The position numbers and the translations under genes are program-made. A DNA stretch of 46,651 nucleotides from assembly GCA_947591055.1 (NCBI GenBank), contig CANQCW010000003.1, forward strand, positions 1 to 46,651, written 5' to 3'. The DNA comes from an uncultured Clostridia bacterium. GTDB taxonomy: Bacteria > Bacillota > Clostridia > TANB77 > CAG-508. A model generated the notes under the pieces. It was given only the letters and a program-made list of their open reading frames with translations, was not told where the DNA came from and searched no databases. Below, in pieces: positions 8,733-19,262 of the stretch. Each line of letters starts with the position of its first letter. Within the stretch, counting starts at the first letter, position 1.

Positions 8733-10304
8733 CTATTTTAAATAATATACATCACAAGCATTTAATCTTTTTAAGTATTCAATTTTTTCAAAATTCATAG
8801 CACTTTTTACTACTGCTAATATATCATCATTTTCTTGTCCGCCATTTATAAATACTATTATTCCTTTTGATATATCTTTATTTTCTAATATATGTCTTAT
8901 ATTCTCGTCTGTATATTCTATATCTTTTGCTACATAAGATTCGTTAACTGTTGCAAACAATAATATATCATCTAAAAATCTATTATGACTTGAATTAAAG
9001 AAAAATACTGTTGGAACATTTAATTCATTTTCCATTTTACTTACAATTTCTTTTTTATCACTAAACATTACTTCTGGTTCTATTCTAAATATAAGTGGTG
9101 ATACTAAAGTTGCTATTAATATTCCTGCTATTATTTTACTACTTGTTTTTTTCTCATAAATTGTATTTAAAAATTCATATGTATAGTATATTACTAATAT
9201 GAAGGCTAATCCACATATCGGCATTATATATCTTAGCTCTATCCAAGGTGATGCTATTGCAACAATTATAAAATAAAATATCATTGGATAAAGTATTATT
9301 TTTGTTATATTATTTTTAGAAGATTTTTGTTTTATATTTTTCTTCTTTTTATAAATATTAAGTCCTATAACTATTAATATAATAAATAGTAATAAATTAT
9401 TAAATGCAAATCTATTAAGTTTTTCTAAGTAGCAAACAATATTAGTGACAAATAATTTTATATTTAACAAATTACTTATTACACCTTGACCTCTATATCC
9501 AAAGAACATATGCTTTATAGAATATGGCCAAATTATTAATGATATTACACCTGCTATTATCATGGTTAATGTATAAAATGCTAAATTTTTATATTGTTTT
9601 TCTTTTATATATTTTATTGCAAATACTAAGTACATCATTGCTAAGAAAAATAAGTAATAATAGTGTGTAAGTATTCCTGTTAAAACTGCTATTCCAATGA
9701 AAAACAGCTGCTTAAATTTAACGTTTTCACCTTCCAACAATTTTATATGCAAATATGTAATTATTAGTACATTTAATGTTGCAAGTGCATACATCCTTAT
9801 ATATATAACAGTTGTAAGTGATGCCATTGTAATTGATGAAATAAATGCTAAAATAATAGATTTTTCTTTAACTTTTTCTTTTCCTTTTAATAGTTCTTGC
9901 AAAATTAAATACATAAATAAAGTAATGAAAATATATATTATAATGTTTATGATTATTCCAGGCCATTTTGAATATTTTCCTATATTAAATCCCATTGCGA
10001 ATCTTAATATTAAATAATATAAAGGTGGATGTACATCATTTTTTTGATTTTCATAAACTTGACTATATTGTCCTTTTTCATCTTCATTTACAGTTAAATA
10101 GTCCTCATAATATTCTTTATTATGCCATTTATCATAAAAGTCATCATTTGCTTGTATTTCCGTTTTATCATAACTTGCTAATCCTAATGAATATGCTTCA
10201 TCCATATGTATATATGATTTTTGAGTTCCTGCTATAACAAAAATTATAGATTGAACAATTAAGACTGCAATTATTATTAAAAGTTCTTTTTTTCTATTTT
10301 CCAT
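8733..10304 (-). CDS. GT-C fold (family 39/ArnT-like) membrane glycosyltransferase
   Basis: 523 aa with more than 10 TM helices, an early extracytoplasmic-loop acidic motif (HMDEAYSLG) and a soluble C-terminal domain. Confidence 0.55.
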   Translation of the reverse strand: MENRKKELLIIIAVLIVQSIIFVIAGTQKSYIHMDEAYSLGLASYDKTEIQANDDFYDKWHNKEYYEDYLTVNEDEKGQYSQVYENQKNDVHPPLYYLILRFAMGFNIGKYSKWPGIIINIIIYIFITLFMYLILQELLKGKEKVKEKSIILAFISSITMASLTTVIYIRMYALATLNVLIITYLHIKLLEGENVKFKQLFFIGIAVLTGILTHYYYLFFLAMMYLVFAIKYIKEKQYKNLAFYTLTMIIAGVISLIIWPYSIKHMFFGYRGQGVISNLLNIKLFVTNIVCYLEKLNRFAFNNLLLFIILIVIGLNIYKKKKNIKQKSSKNNITKIILYPMIFYFIIVAIASPWIELRYIMPICGLAFILVIYYTYEFLNTIYEKKTSSKIIAGILIATLVSPLIFRIEPEVMFSDKKEIVSKMENELNVPTVFFFNSSHNRFLDDILLFATVNESYVAKDIEYTDENIRHILENKDISKGIIVFINGGQENDDILAVVKSAMNFEKIEYLKRLNACDVYYLK

Positions 10305-10338
10305 TTTAAGCTCCTAGATTTTATAACATTTTATTTTT

Positions 10339-11436
10339 TTAATCTGAGATTAATGCTTCATTTTTTTCTTTATTATCTACTTTATTTTTTTCTTGATTTT
10401 GAGTATTACTTTCTTGTTCGTCTTTTGTGTTATTTTCTACTTCATTTTTTTCATTATCTATTGTCTGATTTTTTGTTTCATTTTTTTCATTATTGTTTAC
10501 TTCATTATTTTGTTCATTTTCTGTATTATTTTCTATCTCATTTTTTGTATTATTTACTATTTCGTTTTTTGGTTTATTTTCTGTTTCATTTTTAATTTCT
10601 GTATTTGAATTATTTTCTTGGTAGCTATGCCAAGGATTTGATGGATTTGGGTCTGTTGGGTCCCAATTTCTTAAATAATCTGGATAATTACTAATTTTTT
10701 GTGCTGTTGGCTTTCCTAATGGTCCTGGATCTGAACTTGAATAAAATTCTACATTTGTGCCATTTTCACAATTATTATAAATCCATTTTGCATCTTGCGC
10801 CCTTAGTCTTACACAGCCTAGAGATGCTGCTGTTCCTAATTTATCATATTCCCAATATTCTAATGTTGAAGGATTTTGTTTTGTATATGGTACTGAGTGA
10901 AATAAAATATTTCCTGTTATTTTAGTAACATACTGTCCATAAACATTACCTTGCATAAGTCCCCACGCCCATCTTCCTGGTATAGAATAAACTCCTGATT
11001 TTGGTGTGGCTATTCCTGTTGAGCATACCATGGCTTTTGTTGGTACTGTATAGTTTCCTTCAGAATCTTTTGAATATATTGTTACTACTTGTGCTCCATA
11101 ATTAACTTTTATATAATACCTTGCATTATTTTTTGATTTATTTTCTTCTGTTACTTCATTTGCTTCTGTTTTATTTTCAATAGTGTTTTCTTCTGTTTCT
11201 GTAATATCTATAATATATAAACTATTTGTTTCTGATTCTATTTCTGTTACATTTTCTTCTACTGGTTGCTTATAAGTTTTTTCTTTACTTAAGTTATTTA
11301 CTTTTACTCCTGAAACTAAAGCAATTATCATAATAATAATTGCTATTATTTCTATAATTATTACATTTCTAGTTTTCTTTGATTTTTTTCCTTTTAATTT
11401 CATACTTTTTTCCATATTTTTTAATATTTTTATCAT
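10339..11436 (-). CDS. L,D-transpeptidase (YkuD domain) with an N/E/K-rich low-complexity tail
   Basis: Catalytic signature HSVPY...ASLGCVRL and an N-terminal TM anchor. The C-terminal ~90 aa are low complexity. The true start may be an internal Met (MKLKGKK). Confidence 0.8.
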   Translation of the reverse strand: MIKILKNMEKSMKLKGKKSKKTRNVIIIEIIAIIIMIIALVSGVKVNNLSKEKTYKQPVEENVTEIESETNSLYIIDITETEENTIENKTEANEVTEENKSKNNARYYIKVNYGAQVVTIYSKDSEGNYTVPTKAMVCSTGIATPKSGVYSIPGRWAWGLMQGNVYGQYVTKITGNILFHSVPYTKQNPSTLEYWEYDKLGTAASLGCVRLRAQDAKWIYNNCENGTNVEFYSSSDPGPLGKPTAQKISNYPDYLRNWDPTDPNPSNPWHSYQENNSNTEIKNETENKPKNEIVNNTKNEIENNTENEQNNEVNNNEKNETKNQTIDNEKNEVENNTKDEQESNTQNQEKNKVDNKEKNEALISD

Positions 11437-11476
11437 TATAACATCTTAAGTTTTATTTTACAATAATTATATTTGT

Positions 11477-11521
11477 TAAAAAAAATTGTTGTAGTAAATT
11501 TATTAAAATTTGCTACAACAA
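11477..11521 (-). terminator. Intrinsic terminator
   Basis: 9-bp stem ttgttgtag / ctacaacaa (11486-11494 / 11513-11521) followed on the minus strand by a T8 run, just downstream of the stop at 11523. Confidence 0.6.
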
Positions 11522-11522
11522 T

Positions 11523-12041
11523 TTAATATTTCTTCTTATTACAATCTTTTGGATAGAAAGGATATTCGAATAAATCAATAAGTTCGTAAGTTTGTTCCAT
11601 AAATTTTCGGTTTAAAAAGGTGGCATCACAAACATTTTCTTCATAAATGTTTATTACCTTTTTAGTGATATGAGGCCATGCTACAACTTCTTCAATTTTA
11701 ATTTTTGCATGTCCCATATTTTCACCGCGCTTAAATACACCTCTATATGGACTCCATACATCCCAATAGCCTTGTTTTTTTATATTTTTAAAAACATATA
11801 CTACTGGCATAATCAATGCATTATTGCTCATTTCTACAAAAACTAGCATTTTAGAGTCTTGCATATATATTCCTTTGATGTATTTTACCTTTTCATTTAT
11901 GATAGGAACTTTCTTTTCTATATATCCTTCTATAATTACACTAGTATTTTTCCGTTTCACAAAATATCCAGTAAAGTCTGCTTCTCTATTGCTCCACTTT
12001 CCATTTTGCTCATACCTTCCTAAGATTTTAAATAAGTGCAT
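11523..12041 (-). CDS. Hypothetical cytoplasmic protein
   Basis: 172-aa ORF with a strong SD (gagaggagg, 8 nt spacing). No recognisable motif. Confidence 0.5.
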   Translation of the reverse strand: MHLFKILGRYEQNGKWSNREADFTGYFVKRKNTSVIIEGYIEKKVPIINEKVKYIKGIYMQDSKMLVFVEMSNNALIMPVVYVFKNIKKQGYWDVWSPYRGVFKRGENMGHAKIKIEEVVAWPHITKKVINIYEENVCDATFLNRKFMEQTYELIDLFEYPFYPKDCNKKKY

Positions 12042-12190
12042 AGAGAAAACCTCCTCTCCATTTGTTTCAGAGTTACTTTTAGTATTTACAATGTTATATT
12101 TATATCAAATTTTGTGATTTTTGTCAATTTACATCAATTTTTTCTTAATAAATACAAATATTTATTTTTTACTTGTTAGAAACATATATT

Positions 12191-15100
12191 TTACTTCAAG
12201 TTCCATGAACTAGTTGCTTCATAATCTGTACTAGTATCTATTGCACTAAGAGGTATAGTTACTACAGGTCTAATGCTTTCAGAAAATTTACTACCATAAT
12301 TTCCAGAATAGAATAAACGACTATTATCTACCCATCCATATTGTATGCAACCTATTCCAAATCCGGGCAGAGTTTGAACCACTAGAATAAACGCTTCTAG
12401 ATGCTAGCCAATATCTTGAATAATTAGCAGTATCATTTATAAATAATTGATAATATATTTCATCTATAAAATCAGTTTTTTCCATTTTTCTACGCCACTC
12501 TGTTTGTTCTATGTCTATTGAATTTTCAGCTTTGATTGCATTTTGTTCTGTTAACTCGGTTTGTTCGCTATTTCCTAATGTTCCTTCTATTTTTACTTCA
12601 TCTATTTTGTTATTACTATTTGCTTCTAGTGTCCATTGATATGGATAATATGTTTTACTAGCATCAATATGAAATAACTGTCCATATTTTGTTTTTGTTG
12701 CAGTTTCATAATTATGATAATCCCATTTATTAACATCTAATGTATCTTGTATATCTAGTATATTTATGCTTCTTGCAGTTGCGCCTATAGCTTCGTTTCC
12801 ATATAGTGTATTGCAAAAATCATTTAATAAATATACAGCGTTATTGTATCCTAAAGCTTCTTTAAAATAAACAGTTTGTGTAGTTGGAGCACTACTTATC
12901 AATTCTACTGCATTACCATTTACTCTTAGTACTCTCCATTGTAATGCTTCTTGGGTTATGTCTTGGTCATTATCATAACCTGTGTATTTTGTTTCAAATG
13001 TATATGATGTTTCTGCATTTTGTGGTGTATATGATACGTAATCTCCTACTTTTGGAATTGTTCCTACTGCTATAGCTTCTGATATAGTTTCTTTTTTATT
13101 TCCTGCCTTATCTACTGATAATATATGTAAATAATAAATTCCTGCATTTTCATTTTCTAATGTTATTTCTTCTGGATTTGTACTAAAAGTTCCTCCTGTA
13201 TATATTGATTCTTCTGTTCCTATTTCTTCGTTATTTTCTGTATAAACCCATTTACATTTAGTAATATCAATATCACTTTCATTATCAGTTTGCACTACAT
13301 TTGCTGTTATATTTCCACCTATTTCCGCTGTCGTACCACTTAATGTAATAGTTGCGCTATCAGGTTCTACTCTATCTATTTTTTCTACAGTTGCTGTTGG
13401 ATATCCTGTATCTGAATCGTTTCCAGTTTGATTTGTATCATCAACTGCTCTGAAATAGATATTTCCATTTTCATACATCTTTATTGCATTTTCATATTTA
13501 TTCCAAGTTAGACCATCAGTTGAATATTCTAATGTATATGTATCTTCTATACTTTTATCTGTTATATTAACACTTACTTCTACATATTCCTTATTAGTCC
13601 AATTTGTATCACTATATGTAAATTCTATATTACCTTCATCCAATTTTGGCACTGATTTTGTAGTTTCATTAGTTGCTTCTGTTATTGTTTCATTTCCTGC
13701 ATTATCAACTGCCTTCATTTTTATACTGTACATTTGATTTTGAACTAAATTTTCAAAAGTATAACTAGATTGTGCTTGTCCACCTGTTGGTTCCCATGTT
13801 AATCCATCATCTTTACTAAAGTAATATTTATTGATTCCACTACATGCATTACTATTAGTACCTTCTTCATCACTTGTACTACCTGTAACTGTTATACTAT
13901 TTGTTGTACTGTCTACTGTTTGACTAAAATCTAGTGGTGGCTTTTTATCTATATTGCTTATCTTTTTAGTTACTATTTTTTTCTTTATGTCTCCCTTTGC
14001 TAATCTAGCATATATTGTTGTATTTTCTGTTATTTCTATTTTATTTTGATAAGTTATCCATCCTTCTTCATCAGTTATTTCTTCTTGACTTAAAAGATAT
14101 TCTATATGATATCCTTCATTTTTATATTCCTCTGGCATTTCTATAGTTACATTTACATTGTCCTTTGTCCATCCCTCTGGCATTGCTTTTATTGTTAAAT
14201 CTTGTAATTGTAATGTTTTTAATTCTAATTCATTTTCCTTTGTAGAATATACATTACCTGCTTTATCTTCTACTTCTATATATATATTATAAATTGTTCC
14301 TGCTTTTAATCCTTCTATATCATATATTTCTTCTTGTAATTTATATAGTTCTGAATTTTCTTCATACTTATATGTCTTTACACAATTATATTTATCTTGT
14401 GCTTTTTCTTTTACATATAATCTTATGCTATCAATACCTGACAAACTTTGATCTTGCCCTTGTATTTTTACTCTTATAGCATCTGTATCTTTCTTTATTT
14501 CTTCAATAATTCCAGTTGGTAAAACTTTATCAATATTAGTTATTTGTTTTGTTATTGAGTGATTTTTATTGTCATTTTTTACTAATCTTGCTGTTATTGT
14601 GCAATTTTCTTCTACTTCAAATTCTTCTTTATATTTTGTCCATTTACCATCATCTATCTTATATTCAGTTTCAAATCCTTCTTTTCCTTCTATTAGAACT
14701 TTGACTTTTTCATTTACCCATGTTTCTGGACTAATTTTTATTTCTGGTACTGCTTCTATTACTAAAATCAAATCACTTGCTTTAGATTTATTTCCTTCTA
14801 TTCCATAAGTATAACTTGTTATTTTATATGCTCCTGGCTCTGTCAATTCTATTACTTGCTCTTTATCTACAATTTCCTTCTTTTCTATTGATTTGCTTCC
14901 AAGTACTTGGTATATTGTTTTTTCTGTTTTAGAAGCTTCATTTTCTTGTGTTATTTTTACAGTTACATTTGAAATATATACTCCGCTATCTACTTCTTTT
15001 CCTGCTAAAATTTCTATTTTGGGTTTTACTACTTGCTCTACTTCTTTTACTTCTAATTTTCCGTATACAATATAGTCCATTAGGCAGTTTACATCTTGGA

Positions 15101-16217
15101 TATCTATTATTTTATCACAATTTATATCTGCTGATAATTTTTCTACGTTTTTCTCAATTCTCCAATCCTTGCATTGTAGACACTCTCTTATTAATCTTGT
15201 TAATTCTATTTGATCTGCTAATCCATCACCATTTATATCACCTAATACACTTATTTCATAAGTTCTTTTATTTTCTTCATATTCTAATGTCATACCAGTT
15301 TTTAGATTTTCATTTTCATTATAATCTAAGACTTTTACATTTTGTATTTTAGATTCTAGCATTTGAATTGTTGTTCCTGGCTTTATTCTACTAATTGTCT
15401 GATCTGTTATTAAATATTCAGTACTTTCTGGATTATTTTCGTTTTCATTTTTTAAAATCTCTATAATTTCTTCTATACTTTTTTCTTCAGATGCACGTAC
15501 ATCTGCTGCTAAAAATAATACAATTGTTATTAAAATTAATGATGTAATAGATAATACTATCATTTCTTTTCTGTTTTTTCTTATTCCATTGCCTCTTTTT
15601 AATTGTTTTGCCTTTACTATAAAATATAGTAAATTAATAGTTATTAATGACATTATTACTACTATCAATACAATTTTATTTTCTTCATTGTTTCCTAATT
15701 GTGGAATAATATAATTTGATGTATTATCTTTTTCATTTACTATTTTTATCTTTAAATTTCTATTACCTTCATTTATTAATTCTTTACCATCATTTGAGGT
15801 AATATTGTTAATTTTTATTTCTGTTTCCGTTTCTTTTAAGTTGTCTTTTAATTTAAGTTTAATTCTTCCTATTTTTTCTTGATTTGTCGTTCCTTCTATG
15901 TATTTCATAATAATGAATTTACCTTTGTTGGTGCCTTCTTCTATATTATAAGTACTTGTCCAATCATTAATGTTTTCAAATGCAACACTTTCAAATATAG
16001 ATTCATCATATTCTAAATTTGCTTCGATTACATTGATTCCATCCTTTACATCAATATTGCTTATTTGCATATCAATATATACAGTTTCTCCACTTTTTAC
16101 TTCTTCATGGTCTAATGCTAAATCAAATTTAAAACTATTTGCTTGCACATTTTGTGCATTGCTTCCTAGTACTAATATCATAAATACTAAAATTAGTATC
16201 TTTTTTATTAGTTGCAT
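12191..16217 (-). pseudogene. Giant surface protein (cohesin-like, dockerin-like, Ig/FN3-like repeats, C-terminal lectin-like domain), split by a +1 frameshift near the 3' end
   Basis: The 1297-aa ORF (12324..16217) and the 63-aa ORF (12191..12382) overlap. Removing one G from the GGG run at 12365-12367 joins them as ...YWLASRSVYSSGSNSAGFGIGCIQYGWVDNSRLFYSG...IRPVVTI. Also present: a signal peptide, a cohesin-like N-domain and dockerin-type Ca loops (DINGDGLAD, DINCDKIID). Confidence 0.7.
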
Positions 16218-16296
16218 TTACCTTCCTCCTTTAATTTTCTAAATTTCAACACTATTTATATTATAACATTTTTTCGTAATTATGTAAAGTTTAGAA

Positions 16297-17010
16297 TTAT
16301 TCATACTCTTTTTCTAAGCATTTATTTAAATAAGTTTTTGTAAGGAGTTTAAGTTCTAGCTTATTTTCTTCTGACATATCAAAGGAAAATATCTTTTTTG
16401 GCTCAGCCCATATAATGTATTTTATTGCCTTCACAGTAGAATCTGACAATTTTATTGTACTTTTATCTGATTTTGCACATGATTCACATTTTAGTCCATT
16501 ATCTCTTAGACTAAAATAATTTAATTTTTCTTTTTCATTACAGCTTGTACATTTTTCTATAATTGGTCTATATCCTATTATGCTTAAAAGTCTTAATTTA
16601 AAAATTGAAAGTATTAGATTTAAATCTTTTTCTGACTCTGATATCATATATATTGTATTTAATGTTAGTTGCAATACTTTATATGTATTTTGATTTTCAT
16701 CTGTTACATCATTTACTATTCTTGCAATTTCTGATGCATATTTTAATTTTTCTACATCTAGTCTTATATTATAAAATATTTCAATAGGTTCACAAGAATT
16801 TATTTTGTAACTACTTGCACCTTTATATACAAGAAAGTCCCCAAAACATAGGAATTGTGTACCTGCCATAAGTGCGCTTTTTGGTCTTCTTGCGCCTTTT
16901 GCTGCACATCCAATCTTTCCTAAGTCTGGGGTAAGTAGAGTTACCATTTTATCATTATCACCCATATTATTTTGAGCTAAAATAATTCCTTTTGTTTTTA
17001 TAACTCCCAT
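16297..17010 (-). CDS. recO: DNA repair protein RecO
   Basis: 237 aa with an OB-fold N-terminus (TKGIILAQNNMGDNDKMVTLLT) and a Cys4 zinc motif (CTSC...CESC). Conserved era-recO synteny. Confidence 0.9.
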   Translation of the reverse strand: MGVIKTKGIILAQNNMGDNDKMVTLLTPDLGKIGCAAKGARRPKSALMAGTQFLCFGDFLVYKGASSYKINSCEPIEIFYNIRLDVEKLKYASEIARIVNDVTDENQNTYKVLQLTLNTIYMISESEKDLNLILSIFKLRLLSIIGYRPIIEKCTSCNEKEKLNYFSLRDNGLKCESCAKSDKSTIKLSDSTVKAIKYIIWAEPKKIFSFDMSEENKLELKLLTKTYLNKCLEKEYE

Positions 17011-17165
17011 TGTCTTTGTATTCCTTCTTGCTTTATAATTTCTTCATTGTTAATTAGTTTATTTTCTTCTGCATTTTGAATTGCCTTATCTACTTCTTTA
17101 AGTTCTATAAATGTATTTATATTTCCTGTATTTTTAAAAGTATTCCATGCAATTTGTTTTAACAT
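16998..17165 (-). CDS. yqzL: YqzL-like small protein (below the ORF-track cutoff)
   Basis: 55-aa ORF MLKQIAWNTFKNTGNINTFIELKEV... with SD ggagag. Its stop overlaps the recO start. It sits in the usual era-yqzL-recO position. Confidence 0.6.
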   Translation of the reverse strand: MLKQIAWNTFKNTGNINTFIELKEVDKAIQNAEENKLINNEEIIKQEGIQRQWEL

Positions 17166-17251
17166 AAGTCTCTCCTATTCTTCAGTCTTTAATTAAAATT
17201 CATTTTATTGTAATCCATATAATCGTTGAGCTGTAGCTTTTCGGCAACGAT

Positions 17252-18148
17252 TTACTCTTTTGTTTTAAATTTGTTTACAAAGCTTTCCATATTAATCCAA
17301 TCTTCTTTTACTTTTACCCAAAGTTTTAGATTAACTTTGCAATCTAACATTTTTTCTAAATCTTCTCTTGCAAAAGTTCCTATCTTCTTTAACATAGATC
17401 CTTGCTTTCCTATTATTATGCCCTTATGTGATTCTCTTAAACAATAAATTATAGATTCTATATCAAAAATTTTTTCATTATTTTTTGTTTTTTTAGTTTT
17501 CAATTTAGTAGTTTCAACTAATATTCCATGTGGAACTTCATCTTGTAACAATTTTAATGCTTTTTCTCTAATAGTTTCTTCTACTAAGTCTCTTAAAGTT
17601 TGGTTTGTATATTCTTCTATATCATAATATGCTGGACCTTCTTTTATGTTGTTTTCTATTTCATCTATTATTTCTTTTATATTCTTTTTTTGCTTTACTG
17701 ATGTTGGAACTATTGCTTTAAAATCATATAGTTCTTTGTATTTTTCAATTATTTTTGCAAGCTTTACACTATCTATTAAATCAATTTTATTTATGATTAA
17801 AATCGTTGGCTTACCTGCTTGTCTTATTTTTTCTAAAGTTGCTTCATCAATTCTTGAATCAGTAGAATCAATCACATATAATATCACATCTACATCTGGA
17901 ATTGAGCCAATTGCTTCATTTACCATTAAGTTTCCTAATTTAGATTTAGGTTTATGAATTCCAGGTGTATCTATTATTATTATTTGCGAATTTTCATTAT
18001 TTATTATTCCTTTTATAACTTTTCTTGTAGTTTGTGGTTTATTTGTTATAGCTGATATTTTTTCACCTACTAGCAAATTAATTATACTTGATTTACCAAC
18101 GTTTGTCCTACCTATTACTGTAACAAAACCTGATTTGAATTTATCCAT
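17252..18148 (-). CDS. era: GTPase Era
   Basis: G1 GRTNVGKSS, G3 DTPG, G4 NKID and a C-terminal KH domain. Confidence 0.95.
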   Translation of the reverse strand: MDKFKSGFVTVIGRTNVGKSSIINLLVGEKISAITNKPQTTRKVIKGIINNENSQIIIIDTPGIHKPKSKLGNLMVNEAIGSIPDVDVILYVIDSTDSRIDEATLEKIRQAGKPTILIINKIDLIDSVKLAKIIEKYKELYDFKAIVPTSVKQKKNIKEIIDEIENNIKEGPAYYDIEEYTNQTLRDLVEETIREKALKLLQDEVPHGILVETTKLKTKKTKNNEKIFDIESIIYCLRESHKGIIIGKQGSMLKKIGTFAREDLEKMLDCKVNLKLWVKVKEDWINMESFVNKFKTKE

Positions 18149-19247
18149 CTTGCTCCTCTACACTTTCATCTGTTACTTGATTACTTTCAATTTTTACATT
18201 TGCATTAATTGGGCATATTTCTACAAATGTATTTCCATCATTAATATCTATTTCATTTCCATTTAAATCTGTATAAGTTGTTTTTCCTGCTCTTGACATT
18301 TTTGTGCATTTTATCTTAATTGCTTTTCCATTTGTTATATAATACCCATCTTTTGCACCTATTGTTGTCATAGTTTGTCTTCCCTTGCCTGAGCCATCAT
18401 TTAAATTGCTATTTTCTATAAATTCTATTATTATATTTTTAAATGTAACATCTTCTCCTGTATCCCAGTCAGTTTCTTTTTTATTTTTTGTATAACGAGT
18501 ATATTTTTTACTTTCTGCATTATATTCCCACTTTGTAACATTAGATGATGAATATGGAATTGATATTACATCTGCACCTATTCCGTCATCTAAGTTTACA
18601 TCATCTACTGTATAATTAAATGGACTTTTTACCGTTGATGTTGTTCTATATCCTTTTTCTTTAGCCATTTTTAATATATTTTCTGTTGAAGTTACAGCAT
18701 TATGAGGTGCACTTTTATCTTTTACTCTCCAAAAATCAGTGTCTGATTGTGTTATCCCATTAATGTTATTTACACCTAAAGTTTTTATATCTGACTCAGC
18801 TTGTGGACTCCAACCATAATGCACATATATTGCATCATTTTCTAAAGCATAATCTAAGAAATAATGTCTTGAACTTCTTATTGGACCTATTTTGCTTAAG
18901 TTTTGTCCTTTAAAAAGTGCCATTAATCTTGATTCTCCACCTTCTACAATTATTTCATAAACAGCATAAGCATTATTTAATCCTGCATGTGGAAGTGCTG
19001 ATATATTATTATCTATCATTACTGCTATAGGTCTATCACTTCCTACAAATGTTTGAGGAGTTTTTTGTTCTACAACTATTGCATTATGTGATTCGTCTGA
19101 TTCAGCATCTCCTATTTCAGTAGAAGCTTCTCCTTTAATAAAATAAACATTATAGACATAAGCTACTAAAGCTGATATTGCTACCATTAACAAAAATGTT
19201 ATAAATTTAATTAAGCCATGTCCTTTTTTCTTAGATTTTTTGCTCAT
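18141..19247 (-). CDS. DUF3048-family secreted or membrane-anchored protein (YerB-like)
   Basis: 368 aa with an N-terminal TM anchor. The core PIAVMIDNNISALPHAGLNNAYAVYEIIVEGGESRLMALF matches my memory of DUF3048. Confidence 0.65.
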   Translation of the reverse strand: MSKKSKKKGHGLIKFITFLLMVAISALVAYVYNVYFIKGEASTEIGDAESDESHNAIVVEQKTPQTFVGSDRPIAVMIDNNISALPHAGLNNAYAVYEIIVEGGESRLMALFKGQNLSKIGPIRSSRHYFLDYALENDAIYVHYGWSPQAESDIKTLGVNNINGITQSDTDFWRVKDKSAPHNAVTSTENILKMAKEKGYRTTSTVKSPFNYTVDDVNLDDGIGADVISIPYSSSNVTKWEYNAESKKYTRYTKNKKETDWDTGEDVTFKNIIIEFIENSNLNDGSGKGRQTMTTIGAKDGYYITNGKAIKIKCTKMSRAGKTTYTDLNGNEIDINDGNTFVEICPINANVKIESNQVTDESVEEQDG

Positions 19248-19262
19248 ATTATCTCCAATCTA

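Noticed and set aside
10345-10620. Periodic short repeats that superficially resemble a repeat/spacer array
   Set aside because: The repeats are imperfect, have no constant repeat length, and sit in frame inside the L,D-transpeptidase ORF. This is low-complexity coding sequence, not a CRISPR array. No cas genes are present in the window.
14948-15352. Leu/Phe/Ile-rich plus-strand ORFs scattered antisense to minus-strand genes (for example 180..419, 2031..2339, 7248..7433, 9697..10237, 10353..10608, 14294..15352, 22294..22895, 25665..26063, 34185..34465, 45689..45922)
   Set aside because: These are typical shadow ORFs of an AT-rich genome, because the antisense of AAN/GAA-rich coding sequence gives TTN codons. 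None has an RBS or a recognisable motif, and all overlap better-supported genes.
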